A stretch of 64,000 nt of DNA, taken from contig JAPLTU010000071.1 of NCBI GenBank assembly GCA_026397965.1, positions 39,304-103,303 on the forward strand. The letters are read 5' to 3'. The first letter of the stretch is position 1. Every line of letters starts with the position of its first letter. This document shows positions 9,426-18,394 of this stretch, one piece after another. A program made the translations under genes and the position numbers. The notes under the pieces are model-generated. The model had not been told where the DNA came from and did not search any database. It saw nothing but the letters and a program-made list of their open reading frames with translations. Origin of the DNA: Verrucomicrobiota bacterium. GTDB taxonomy: Bacteria; Verrucomicrobiota; Verrucomicrobiia; Opitutales; UBA953.

Positions 9426-10115
9426 ATGCCCGAAGGTCCCGCAGTCCAACGCATGTTTTCCGGTATCGCCACGCGCTACGATTTTGCGAACCGCATCCTG
9501 AGCCTCGGCCTCTGCGTCGGTTGGCGCAACCGCCTCATTACCTCCGTCGTGGCGGCCCAACCTAAAATCGTGGTCGACCTTGCAACTGGGAGCGGCGACG
9601 TGGTCTTTGCGCTTAAGCAATCCTTGCCGGCCGATTGCGTAATCACGGGCTACGATTTTTGCGAACCGATGCTTGCGCTCGGCCGCACACGCGCAAAGAA
9701 GGAAAATCTTACCTTGGAATTTAAACAGGGCGACTGCATGGCACTCCCGATACCCGACCGTTCGGTTGATGTCGTCACGGTCGCCTACGGTGTGCGCAAT
9801 TTCGAAGACCGGACCAAAGGGCTGAGTGAACTGCGCCGCGTTCTCCGCCCCGAGGGCACCTTATTTATCCTGGAATTTTCGCAACCCGATCGCTGGTTCG
9901 TGCCGCTTCACTTCATCCACGTGCGATGCGTACTCCCGGTGCTCGCCGGACTTCTTACCGGCGACTTTGGCGCCTACAAATATCTTGGCACCAGCATCGC
10001 GGGTTTCCCCGATGCCGCGGGCCTCGAGGCAGAGCTCAAGGCCGTCGGATTCGCCAAGGTGAGCCATAAAAGGATGCTTTTCGGCACGGTGGCTCTCCAC
10101 CAGGCGCAGGCCTGA
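9426..10115 (+). CDS. ubiE: demethylmenaquinone/ubiquinone methyltransferase (UbiE/MenG family)
   Basis: VQRMFSGIATRYDFANRILSLG, SAM motif VVDLATGSGD, and VAYGVRN. Confidence 0.85.
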   Translation: MPEGPAVQRMFSGIATRYDFANRILSLGLCVGWRNRLITSVVAAQPKIVVDLATGSGDVVFALKQSLPADCVITGYDFCEPMLALGRTRAKKENLTLEFKQGDCMALPIPDRSVDVVTVAYGVRNFEDRTKGLSELRRVLRPEGTLFILEFSQPDRWFVPLHFIHVRCVLPVLAGLLTGDFGAYKYLGTSIAGFPDAAGLEAELKAVGFAKVSHKRMLFGTVALHQAQA

Positions 10116-10165
10116 AAAATTTCTTGCCTTAGGGGCCGGGGGTCGTTTGCTCAATTCCTCACGAC

Positions 10166-10237
10166 GGGCTCGTGGTGAAATGGATATCATTTCTGACTAC
10201 GGATCAGACGTTTGGGGTTCGAATCCCTACGAGCCCA
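10166..10237 (+). tRNA. tRNA-Arg (anticodon ACG)
   Basis: Hand-folded cloverleaf. Acceptor GGGCTCG/CGAGCCC, D stem GTGA/TCAT, anticodon stem TCTGA/TCAGA with loop CTACGGA, T arm TGGGG-TTCGAAT-CCCTA, discriminator A. CCA is not encoded. Confidence 0.85.
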
Positions 10238-10290
10238 CCCCTTTGAACGCTAACCGGATTAAAACCCGGTTAGTTGTGTTTACGGCATGA

Positions 10291-10326
10291 GGTAGGGGCG
10301 CCACTGCGTGGCGTCCGTGGGCGAAC
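10291..10326. repeat. solo REP unit (variant hairpin GCGCCAC/GTGGCGT)
   Basis: GGTAGGGGCGCCACTGCGTGGCGTCCGTGGGCGAAC. The same extended consensus appears at the right arms at 9335-9375 and 46140-46185. No partner arm lies within ~120 bp. Confidence 0.75.
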
Positions 10327-10540
10327 AGGAAAGCCCCGAACAAGGGGAGACCGGAAACCGGAAAGGTTGCTGTGGACCTATTAAGGGTGCCAGGTGACAG
10401 CCATCGGGGCATCGGCCACTCGGGGGTCAGCAGTTCGGACATCGGCCGTCGGCTCCAGACTCCGGCGGCTGAGTCTAAAAATACCCCAGCCAATCATCCG
10501 GTTTCCGGTTCCCCTTTGCGTGAATTGCCTTCCCACCCGC

Positions 10541-11698
10541 TTAGACGTTATACACGTCTGGCATCTTCGTGCCCGAAGGGTACACAAAGGAGCGATCCTC
10601 GAAATTACGGAGTTCGACGATGCCATCATGGATGGCCTGGACGTATTCCGGATTGATCGGGACCTTCCCGCCGCCGCCCGGGGTGTCAATGATGAGCTGC
10701 GGAACGGCGTAGCCCGTCGTGTGGCCGCGGAGCGCCCGGATGATGTCGATGCCCTTCTGGATGGGGGCGCGGAAATGGGTCGAACCCTCAATAAGGTCGC
10801 AGGCGTAGAGATAATACGGGCGGACGCTTATCATCAACAGGCGGTGCACGAGCGACTTCATCACTTCGATATCGTCATTGATGCCGGCCAGCAACACGGA
10901 CTGATTACCCAGCGGTACGCCAGCGAAAGACAGGCGCTCACAAGCTGCTGCTAATTCCGCCGTACACTCCTTCGGATGATTCGTATGGATACTCAGCCAA
11001 ATCGGTCCGTGCTTACGAAAAACTTCGGCGAGTTCCGGCGTGATGCGTTGGGGCAGGAAAACCGGGATGCGTGAACCGATGCGGATAAACTCGACGTGCT
11101 TGATGGCACGGAGACGCCCGAGGAGCGCGTCCAGTTTGGCGTCGGAGAGCAGCAAAGGGTCGCCACCCGACAGCAAGACGTCGCGGATTTCGGTATGCGC
11201 TTCGATATACTTCAGGCCAGCTTCGAGTTCGGGATGGAAATCGTACGCTTGGGCGTTGGAGACCAGGCGGCTGCGCGTGCAATAACGGCAATAAGAAGCG
11301 CAACGATCGGTCACCAGGAACAGGACGCGGTCGGGGTAGCGATGGACGATGCCCGGCACGGGCATGGTGCCTTCTTCGCCAACGGGATCCTCAGACTCGC
11401 CTGGGGCGACGTAAGACTCCTCGATACGCGGAATCACCTGTCGGCGGACCGGGCAGTTTGGGTCCTTGGGGTCGATGAGATTAAAGAAATGGGGCGTGAT
11501 CGAGAGCGAGAGCTTGTTAGGCGCAAACAGGCACCCTTCTCGTTCCTCCTTGGTGAGCGCGAGCATGTCTTCCAACTGGGCCAGCGTCGTGATCCGGTTA
11601 CGCAGCTGCCAATGCCAGTCGTTCCACTCCGCGGCGGGCACATCTTGCCATCGGCCCTGTCCGGCATGCCAGTTTTCGCGAAGGTCTTGTGGATACAT
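10541..11698 (-). CDS. KamA-family radical SAM enzyme (lysine 2,3-aminomutase-like)
   Basis: CASYCRYCTRS (CxxxCxxC), LLSGGDPL, and an N-terminal W..W.WQLRNRI segment. Length 385 aa. Confidence 0.85.
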   Translation of the reverse strand: MYPQDLRENWHAGQGRWQDVPAAEWNDWHWQLRNRITTLAQLEDMLALTKEEREGCLFAPNKLSLSITPHFFNLIDPKDPNCPVRRQVIPRIEESYVAPGESEDPVGEEGTMPVPGIVHRYPDRVLFLVTDRCASYCRYCTRSRLVSNAQAYDFHPELEAGLKYIEAHTEIRDVLLSGGDPLLLSDAKLDALLGRLRAIKHVEFIRIGSRIPVFLPQRITPELAEVFRKHGPIWLSIHTNHPKECTAELAAACERLSFAGVPLGNQSVLLAGINDDIEVMKSLVHRLLMISVRPYYLYACDLIEGSTHFRAPIQKGIDIIRALRGHTTGYAVPQLIIDTPGGGGKVPINPEYVQAIHDGIVELRNFEDRSFVYPSGTKMPDVYNV

Positions 11699-11759
11699 CA
11701 GCTAGGAGATCTAACTTAAAGGTCGTGACGCCCAATGCAAACGGGGAAGCATCTTGACC

Positions 11760-12575
11760 TCAGACTGCGGGCGGGCCCTTGCGCTTGAACCACCCTGCGA
11801 ACGGATGCCACAACTGTCCAAAATAGGCTTTAGGCACAGGTTCCAGCACGCCGAAGTCACAAGGCATCCGGTCCCTCGGCATATAATACGTCCCGAAGAG
11901 GATGTCCCACAGCGGAAAAAAGCCGGCGAAGTTCTTATCGATCGCCGCCGGATCCTTTGAGTGGTGCCAGCGGTGGAAGACCGGCGTCGCGACGACGGAA
12001 CGCAGCGGGCCGAAATCCCAGTCGACGTCGGCGTGCAGGAAGATGGCGTAGAAGGTCAAGAAGCCTGCGACGCCCGCCGTCACGGTCGGGTCGAAGCCGA
12101 GGAAGAGCAAGGGCACAGCGGGGGCGAGTTTGTTGACGGCCTCGTTGACGGGATGCACGCGGACGGCCGAGAGCCAGTCGAGGTCCTCGGAACTATGATG
12201 CACCGCATGGAACGGCCACCAAGCACCGGTGTGGAAGATCCGGTGCAACCAGTAGTCCATGAAATCGACGAGGAGATAGATCTCGATCGCCTGCAGCCAG
12301 CGCGGTTGCGCGGCCACCGGGCCGAAGCCTTGGTATAGCCCGTCCTTGAGCGCTTCACCGGTCGTGACGCCACCGATGACCAAGAGGATGAACGGCCCGA
12401 TCAGGAGGAAGCGGGAGACCTGCTTGAACAACTCGACCGTGAAGAAATACGTCGCATCGGTGAGCATGCCGGGCCGGAAGAAGCCTGGCCTCCGGCGCGC
12501 GCCCATGACCCGTTCGATGAGATAGAAGACCAGCCCAAGGACCAGGAGAGCGATCGACTTCTTCGTTAAGTCCAT
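11760..12575 (-). CDS. fatty acid hydroxylase / sterol desaturase family membrane protein
   Basis: Three histidine boxes (HRIFH, HAVHH, HRWHH) and several TM segments. Confidence 0.75.
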   Translation of the reverse strand: MDLTKKSIALLVLGLVFYLIERVMGARRRPGFFRPGMLTDATYFFTVELFKQVSRFLLIGPFILLVIGGVTTGEALKDGLYQGFGPVAAQPRWLQAIEIYLLVDFMDYWLHRIFHTGAWWPFHAVHHSSEDLDWLSAVRVHPVNEAVNKLAPAVPLLFLGFDPTVTAGVAGFLTFYAIFLHADVDWDFGPLRSVVATPVFHRWHHSKDPAAIDKNFAGFFPLWDILFGTYYMPRDRMPCDFGVLEPVPKAYFGQLWHPFAGWFKRKGPPAV

Positions 12576-12593
12576 GGGGCAGTCTCAGACCGC

Positions 12594-13430
12594 TTACTTC
12601 TTTTCGACGACCCAGATATTACGGTACTCGACGGCGTCGCCATGGAACTGCAGGGCGAGCGGCAATTTGTCGTCGTGCTTCACGTAAGGGGGATTCTTCT
12701 TATGGCTGCTGGGTCCGATATACTCGGAATTGTCCTGCACCTTAACGCCGTTCATGACGACGGTGATGCGGGCCTTGCTGGCGACAGTGCCGTCGGCGTT
12801 GAAGCGCGGGGCGGTCCACTCGACGTCGTAGCTGTTCCAAGAGCGAGAAGGCAGGCAAGCGTTGAAGAGCGGGGGCAGCTGGCCGTAAATTGCAGAGGTC
12901 ATGCCGTCGGCATAAGTCTCGTTCTTCCAGCAATCGAGGACCTGGAGTTCGTAGGTCTTCATGAAGAAGATGCCACTGTTCGAGCTGCCTTGGCTCTTCT
13001 TCTTGGGATCGTTCTCGTAACCTTCGGCGGAACGCCATTCGGCATGGAGCGTGATATCGCCGAAGGAGCGCTTGGTGCGAATCTGGTTACTGTGAGCGAT
13101 CATGACTCCGTCCCGAATCATCCAAGTCGTCGGCGTCTTAAGTTTGGCGCTCGGAACCGCATCCGGCTCCCACTCGTTAGCAGAGTCATTTCCGCCGACC
13201 AAGACGATGGCGCCAGCCGGGGCGGCGGCCTCATTGCACTTGAGCTTCGAGAGTTCGGCGCGGGGCGGCTGCGGGCGGGCGGAATCGTGGACGTGCCAGG
13301 TGGTACCCGGGATGAGCGGGGTATCAGTATAGCCTTCAGCGGCGACAAGACCGGCAGCGGCTAAGAAAATGAGCAGGGAGGGGGAACGCATGAGGGGGTG
13401 AGGTAAAGTGTAGACAGGTTGGCGGACCAT
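12594..13430 (-). CDS. secreted DUF1080 (3-keto-disaccharide hydrolase-like, concanavalin fold) protein
   Basis: Signal peptide, then NSGIFF...YELQVLD...AIYG...WNSYDV...NGVKV...EYRNIWV. This pattern matches my recollection of DUF1080. Confidence 0.7.
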   Translation of the reverse strand: MVRQPVYTLPHPLMRSPSLLIFLAAAGLVAAEGYTDTPLIPGTTWHVHDSARPQPPRAELSKLKCNEAAAPAGAIVLVGGNDSANEWEPDAVPSAKLKTPTTWMIRDGVMIAHSNQIRTKRSFGDITLHAEWRSAEGYENDPKKKSQGSSNSGIFFMKTYELQVLDCWKNETYADGMTSAIYGQLPPLFNACLPSRSWNSYDVEWTAPRFNADGTVASKARITVVMNGVKVQDNSEYIGPSSHKKNPPYVKHDDKLPLALQFHGDAVEYRNIWVVEKK

Positions 13431-13494
13431 AGGTTCGGGGAAAAGGGTAATTCGAGGCGGGGCAGGGATGGGACAGCGTATCCGGCACCTGTCA

Positions 13495-13552
13495 TAGGGT
13501 GGGTTGAGCCCCCTCGCTCAACCGAGCGGCTGACCAAGGTGGTCAGCCCTAC
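13495..13552. repeat. double-hairpin repeat (family B), copy 1
   Basis: TAGGGTGGGTTGAGCCCCCTCGCTCAACCGAGCGGCTGACCAAGGTGGTCAGCCCTACC. It has two stems (GTTGAGC/GCTCAAC and GCTGACCA/TGGTCAGC) and a near-identical copy at 37019-37074. Confidence 0.8.
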
Positions 13553-13669
13553 CCCCAAACCCCTAACCCTACATAATCCCATATTTGGCCCATTTCTATC
13601 CCTGTCCCATACCCACCCCACCCCCCAATTCAATTGCCCTGCCCCCTCGGATTGCTCAACTTTACCGCT

Positions 13670-14638
13670 ATGTCAGCCCCGAAGCCCCGCTTCACCCTCG
13701 AGTTCGAAAAGCCTATTCGTGAGCTCGAAGAAAAGATCAACTCCCTCCGAGCCTCCTCCGAGAGTGCCGGCATGGATGTCACCAAGGAGGTCAAATCCTT
13801 GGAGAGCAAGATGGAGCAGACCCGCCGTGAGGTCTACGGCAACCTCAGCCCCTGGCAACGCGTTCAACTGGCCCGCCACCCCCGACGCCCCTATTCTTTA
13901 GATTATATCGGAATGCTCTTTGACGACTTCCAAGAGCTCCACGGCGACCGTCTGTTCATGGACGACGAATCCATCGTCGGTGGTACGGCCTTTTTCGAAG
14001 GCCGCCCCATCATGGTCCTCGGCCAGCAAAAAGGGCGCGACACGAAGGAAAGTCTCCGCCGTAACTTTGGTTGCCCCAATCCCGAAGGCTATCGCAAAGC
14101 CCTTCGTCTGATGAAGATGGCCCACACTTTCGGCCTGCCCATCATCACACTCGTCGACACCCCGGGCGCCTTCCCTGGCATCGGCTCGGAAGAACGCCAC
14201 GTCGCCGAAGCCATCGCGGTGAATCTTCGCGAGATGAGTCAATTCGGCGTCCCCATCATCACTTTCGTCATCGGCGAAGGCGGTTCCGGCGGCGCGCTGG
14301 GCATCGCCGTATCTAATCGGGTATATATTTTAGAGAACGCTTACTACTCGGTCATTTCTCCCGAAGGTTGCGCGGCCATCCTCTTCAAGGATCGCGCCCA
14401 CGCACCCAAGGCGGCGGAAGCCTTGCGCCTCGACGCCCCCAATCTCGTGAAGCTCGGAGTCGTCGATGGCGTGGTCAAAGAACCCCTCGGCGGCGCCCAG
14501 GAAGATCCCGCCGCCACAGGTTCGAATATCCGCAAGACCTTGCGCGACTCCCTTCAGGAATTATCGAAACTCACCCCCGAGAAACTCGTGGCGGCGCGCT
14601 ACGCCAAATTCCGCGCCATGGGCGTCTTCGCGGAATAA
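13670..14638 (+). CDS. accA: acetyl-CoA carboxylase carboxyltransferase alpha subunit
   Basis: RHPRRPYSLDYI, LVDTPGAFPG, and IGEGGSGGALG. The start is taken at MSAPKPRF (the track ORF begins at 13634). Confidence 0.93.
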   Translation: MSAPKPRFTLEFEKPIRELEEKINSLRASSESAGMDVTKEVKSLESKMEQTRREVYGNLSPWQRVQLARHPRRPYSLDYIGMLFDDFQELHGDRLFMDDESIVGGTAFFEGRPIMVLGQQKGRDTKESLRRNFGCPNPEGYRKALRLMKMAHTFGLPIITLVDTPGAFPGIGSEERHVAEAIAVNLREMSQFGVPIITFVIGEGGSGGALGIAVSNRVYILENAYYSVISPEGCAAILFKDRAHAPKAAEALRLDAPNLVKLGVVDGVVKEPLGGAQEDPAATGSNIRKTLRDSLQELSKLTPEKLVAARYAKFRAMGVFAE

Positions 14639-14650
14639 GTATCTGATATC

Positions 14651-14690
14651 CCAACCAAAAGGGCGCCCAATCGGGCGCCCTTTTGGTTGG
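14651..14690. terminator. bidirectional intrinsic terminator between convergent accA and the pseudopilin cassette
   Basis: Perfect 18-bp stem CCAACCAAAAGGGCGCCC / GGGCGCCCTTTTGGTTGG with a 4-nt loop AATC. A and T runs inside the stem give a U-tract on either strand. Confidence 0.8.
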
Positions 14691-14704
14691 TAAAAATAAC
14701 CGGC

Positions 14705-15982
14705 TCAACCGCCGTTGCCCAAGAGCCGGATATAGCGCGTGTAGTTCCGTCCGTACTGGTAGACGATACGTCGAAAATCAGCCTGGTCAGAAAGTTTGGC
14801 CGCGCCCTTGATTTGCTGGAGTCCCCTCAATTCCTTGGAGCCATCCGGAGTCAAAATCGTGATCGAAACCTCGATGGCCTTGAGCGAGTATGGCAGGTAG
14901 CCCAACGGCGAGGCGGATTTCGGATTAAACGGACCCGTGCTATCGTCCGGATACATCCGGTCGGAATAAATCCGCATCCGACTGGAGAAATAATCGTAAG
15001 GGTGCGGCGCGGTGGAGCTATTCCCATTGCTTCCTGCAGGTGAAGCCGAACTAAAACGCAAAGGAGCTAATGCCGTACTCGTCGCCGTCGTGCCCAGCGA
15101 AAATGCAGCGTTATAGCCTCCGTCAGTCGCTGGCACGGCGGAAAATCGGGCAGTATCTCCGATGATCAGCACGGGACGCAACGAGGTCGGCAAGCGACGG
15201 CAAGGATCACTCAGTGCGGGGGCAGTGGCAGTTGCCGGCAGCGAAGACGAACACCACAGGACCAGGTTCATCGCCACGACGTTAGCCCCGATAAAATTCT
15301 GGTCATCCAAAGTCCAATCGGCCGTACCACCGCTGCTCATCAAGGTCTTGGTATGATAACCGCTGGATCCCGTGGCGGGAGCGTATTCCGGGATGAGTCG
15401 ACTGGCATTCCAATAATTAAAAGGGGAAATTGTCGCACCGGCGGCACCATTCAGAATCGTCGAAGTGGCGTCGGCAAAAGTTTTTTCGGGGTCAACGATC
15501 GTACGGTAAACCCCGTAAACCTGCTGAATCGGCTCACCCGGCATATCAAACGGCGAGCGTTGGCCGATACGATAAGCCACCGCGCAGACATCACCCTTCA
15601 GGGTCGTCGGCGGAGTCGTCGCCACGGGCGAACGGCGCGGGCGGTCAGTCGGGGCCGAAAATAACATAACAATCGGGTGATCGATGCCCGCAAGATTGCC
15701 GACGACAGCCGGAAACCCGCTCGTGCCCGGCGTGACTATTTCCATCCAGCAACGGCCGTCGGGACGAATCACCGCGGTCTGAAAATCGTTCTCCATCGCA
15801 TCCAACACCCCGCGAGCTTCGGACTGGGTCGCCAAATCCGCGACCGACCGATCATACGCCCGGAAAGAATCGGAGGCGATTTGGACGACGGCGAGGATGA
15901 TCATGATCATGATCACCGCGGCGACCATGACTTCCACCAGAGTGAAGCCGGCACGCGTCGCCTTAAGAGAGGGAGTCTTCAT
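14705..15982 (-). CDS. prepilin-type N-terminal cleavage/methylation domain protein (pseudopilin 4 of 4, largest)
   Basis: N-terminus MKTPSLKATRAG|FTLVEVMVAAVIMIMI. Length 425 aa. Its ATG overlaps the upstream stop as ATGA at 15979-15982. Confidence 0.8.
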   Translation of the reverse strand: MKTPSLKATRAGFTLVEVMVAAVIMIMIILAVVQIASDSFRAYDRSVADLATQSEARGVLDAMENDFQTAVIRPDGRCWMEIVTPGTSGFPAVVGNLAGIDHPIVMLFSAPTDRPRRSPVATTPPTTLKGDVCAVAYRIGQRSPFDMPGEPIQQVYGVYRTIVDPEKTFADATSTILNGAAGATISPFNYWNASRLIPEYAPATGSSGYHTKTLMSSGGTADWTLDDQNFIGANVVAMNLVLWCSSSLPATATAPALSDPCRRLPTSLRPVLIIGDTARFSAVPATDGGYNAAFSLGTTATSTALAPLRFSSASPAGSNGNSSTAPHPYDYFSSRMRIYSDRMYPDDSTGPFNPKSASPLGYLPYSLKAIEVSITILTPDGSKELRGLQQIKGAAKLSDQADFRRIVYQYGRNYTRYIRLLGNGG

Positions 15983-16803
15983 CGGCTGATGACGATATTT
16001 TGCACCAAAATAGGATTCTCTTCGCGCACACTAAAAACGGAGAAGTCCGAGAAGTCGTGCGGGAAAAATTCCGCGACAATCGGCAGGTAAGCCAACGCAT
16101 ACTGTTTGGGGTCGGGATTGCTCGGTGCTCCAGGAAGCGCGGCGCCAACCGTCCATGGCGTGCTGCTGGGCTCACCCGCGTTTACGACCGAAGGCACGAG
16201 CGCGTAACGCTGCCCAACTAACAGGCGCGATAACGTGAGTCGGACCCGCATCGGAGTACCCACGACATTGCGCGTGGCCAACATGTCCGGGGTGAAATTA
16301 TTGGAAGCCGTGATCGCGACCTCCATGACTGAGGGGTTGGCGTTCAGGTTGTAATTCAATGCCGAACTGTTTTTATAAGAGGCATCCTTGACCGCGGCCA
16401 CCAGCTTGCGGTCATAGACGTAGACCCAGACCGCCGTCGTGCTGGTCGCCGCATTCGCCAATAATCGATAGGCGAGGTCAAAGTCAGAGGCGTCGTTAAG
16501 GGGATCCAACGCCGGACTCACCGTTCCGGTCTGATTGATATATTTGGTGTTCGCCGCCGTGGCCCCCGTGGGCAAATAAGCGATTGTACGCGGCTTATCG
16601 AGCGCTCCGATGAGTCGCGTCACACCCGCCAACGCCCGATTGGTATTCATGATATCATCGACCTGCTGGAACGTCGACCCGAGGATACCCACCAAAGAAA
16701 GAATCGCGATACCGACGACGCCGATTGCCAGCGTGACCTCGATCAACGAAAAGCCTGGGCGACATGATGGCCGCCGGGGATAAGAAGGGTTTGTTTTCAT
16801 CAC
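15979..16803 (-). CDS. prepilin-type N-terminal cleavage/methylation domain protein (pseudopilin 3 of 4)
   Basis: N-terminus ...RRPSCRPG|FSLIEVTLAIGVVGIAIL. The GTG at 16803 or the ATG at 16800 overlaps the upstream TGA. Confidence 0.8.
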   Translation of the reverse strand: MMKTNPSYPRRPSCRPGFSLIEVTLAIGVVGIAILSLVGILGSTFQQVDDIMNTNRALAGVTRLIGALDKPRTIAYLPTGATAANTKYINQTGTVSPALDPLNDASDFDLAYRLLANAATSTTAVWVYVYDRKLVAAVKDASYKNSSALNYNLNANPSVMEVAITASNNFTPDMLATRNVVGTPMRVRLTLSRLLVGQRYALVPSVVNAGEPSSTPWTVGAALPGAPSNPDPKQYALAYLPIVAEFFPHDFSDFSVFSVREENPILVQNIVISR

Positions 16804-17654
16804 TTGGTTAAAGTCGTGGTATTCATCTCATCGGCATCATTGGTCATGGAGACGTCTCCGTTGGGACGCAACGCGATGGCCGCGAACTGGGAATTGGACG
16901 CCAAATCGAGGACCGCCGTACCCGAGGCATCATTACGCATGATCCCGCTGGCCAAGACGAGCATGACCCGCCCGAGGTGATTCGAGGCGCCGCTTGGCTG
17001 CAGTTCGACATAGTACCACTTCTTGGCGGTACCCTCAGACGACATCGTATCCAAGTTGGTGGGCTGATTGTAGTAAGCAAACTTCACCCAGGGCGGCGAG
17101 GTGGTGTGATCGAGCGCATTGCCCGCATTATCCGCGATATCCCCGATGATACTGCGGCGGGTATTGGCGGCGGCAGGCGCGCCGCTCGGATCGTTAATGG
17201 TCGTCGTGGTATCTTCCTTGGGCGGGATGAAGTAGACACCGTTAGGCAACAGTGAAGGCGACTCCGGCGCAAACCAGGTATACTTGGAATTATTGGTGGC
17301 GGCCAAGGTGGCAGGATCGACACCGCCGGCATCGATACTGTTGACGCCGCCCACGGCGATGACGAACTGGCGGAGGTGATTCGCCGGATCGCTCGGGTCG
17401 TTCAAGATCAAAAGCCGATACCGCGCATTATAAGCGATGCCGTTACCCAGCGTGCCGCGATTCATCAAAGCCAAAGCCCGCACCGAGCGGAGCGACGAGG
17501 CCAAAATTCTTTGGGACGCGGGCAAACCTCCGCCATTCCCTGGCGAAAGGCTCAAAAAAAGCCCGGAAATAAGCATGATGATCGTAATTACCACCAACAG
17601 CTCCATCAGCGTGAAGCCGCGACGAACCCGACTGGCAATCTTTGCGGGTATCAT
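16800..17654 (-). CDS. prepilin-type N-terminal cleavage/methylation domain protein (pseudopilin 2 of 4)
   Basis: N-terminus MIPAKIASRVRRG|FTLMELLVVITIIMLI. ATGA overlap at 17651-17654. Confidence 0.8.
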   Translation of the reverse strand: MIPAKIASRVRRGFTLMELLVVITIIMLISGLFLSLSPGNGGGLPASQRILASSLRSVRALALMNRGTLGNGIAYNARYRLLILNDPSDPANHLRQFVIAVGGVNSIDAGGVDPATLAATNNSKYTWFAPESPSLLPNGVYFIPPKEDTTTTINDPSGAPAAANTRRSIIGDIADNAGNALDHTTSPPWVKFAYYNQPTNLDTMSSEGTAKKWYYVELQPSGASNHLGRVMLVLASGIMRNDASGTAVLDLASNSQFAAIALRPNGDVSMTNDADEMNTTTLTK

Positions 17655-18307
17655 TGGATCGCAATCACGTCGGCGACGTCGCCCTTCTCCAAGCCTTCAA
17701 GCGAACCGATATCTAAATCGGTCGTAAAAATAATGATCCGAGCCGGAATGCCCGTACCGCCGCTGGCAATCGAGCTAAGGTCGGGAGGCGTCTTCGTGGC
17801 ATCCAGACCCGCCACGGCTTTGATCGTCCCGGTACTGTCCGTGTCGAAGATTATGCGAATATTGTGGTTACCAAAGCGGTCCATCAACACCCCAGTGGAG
17901 GTCGTATTGGTGGAATAATTTTCAAAGTCGTCCTTGGCAAAAGCACAGAACTCTTCGCCGTTACGGTTGAAGGTCTTGCGGTCGGTGTCCTTCAAAATCG
18001 ATCCGTCGGGATTCTTGCTCGCAAGCGCCATAATGAAATTTACCCCCGTCGTCCCTGACTCCAAGGAATGGAGTGAATCTCCGGTGGTATCGTATTTAGT
18101 CCCGATACTGGGATAAAATCCGTAAGTCTGCTTATAGCGAGTGACCCCATTGGCCCACTGTGAAAAAGCCCCTTGAGCCGTAGCCAAGCGGGCCTTCTTG
18201 CGCACGCCCGCTATCGCCGGGAAAAGCAGCCCGATCAGCATGCCGATGATAGCCATCGCTACCATCAACTCAACAAGGGTAAAACCAGAACGACGTCGAA
18301 GAGACAT
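17651..18307 (-). CDS. prepilin-type N-terminal cleavage/methylation domain protein (pseudopilin 1 of 4)
   Basis: N-terminus MSLRRRSG|FTLVELMVAMAIIGMLIGLL with Glu at +5. Length 218 aa. Confidence 0.8.
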   Translation of the reverse strand: MSLRRRSGFTLVELMVAMAIIGMLIGLLFPAIAGVRKKARLATAQGAFSQWANGVTRYKQTYGFYPSIGTKYDTTGDSLHSLESGTTGVNFIMALASKNPDGSILKDTDRKTFNRNGEEFCAFAKDDFENYSTNTTSTGVLMDRFGNHNIRIIFDTDSTGTIKAVAGLDATKTPPDLSSIASGGTGIPARIIIFTTDLDIGSLEGLEKGDVADVIAIQ

Positions 18308-18394
18308 AAGAAAAAAAGGGGGGCTTAATGTTAGGTAAAAATGTTACCCCCTTTCCCTGCCCTTTGAACAGTCAAAAACGCCCGTTCTCCCCCT

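Noticed and set aside
10227-10954. ORFs 10227-10493, 10372-10656, 10381-10791 and 10394-10954
   Set aside because: They overlap the tRNA-Arg 3' end, REP-like repeats or the antisense strand of the KamA-family gene. Their peptides are Arg/Ser/Pro-rich repeat translations.
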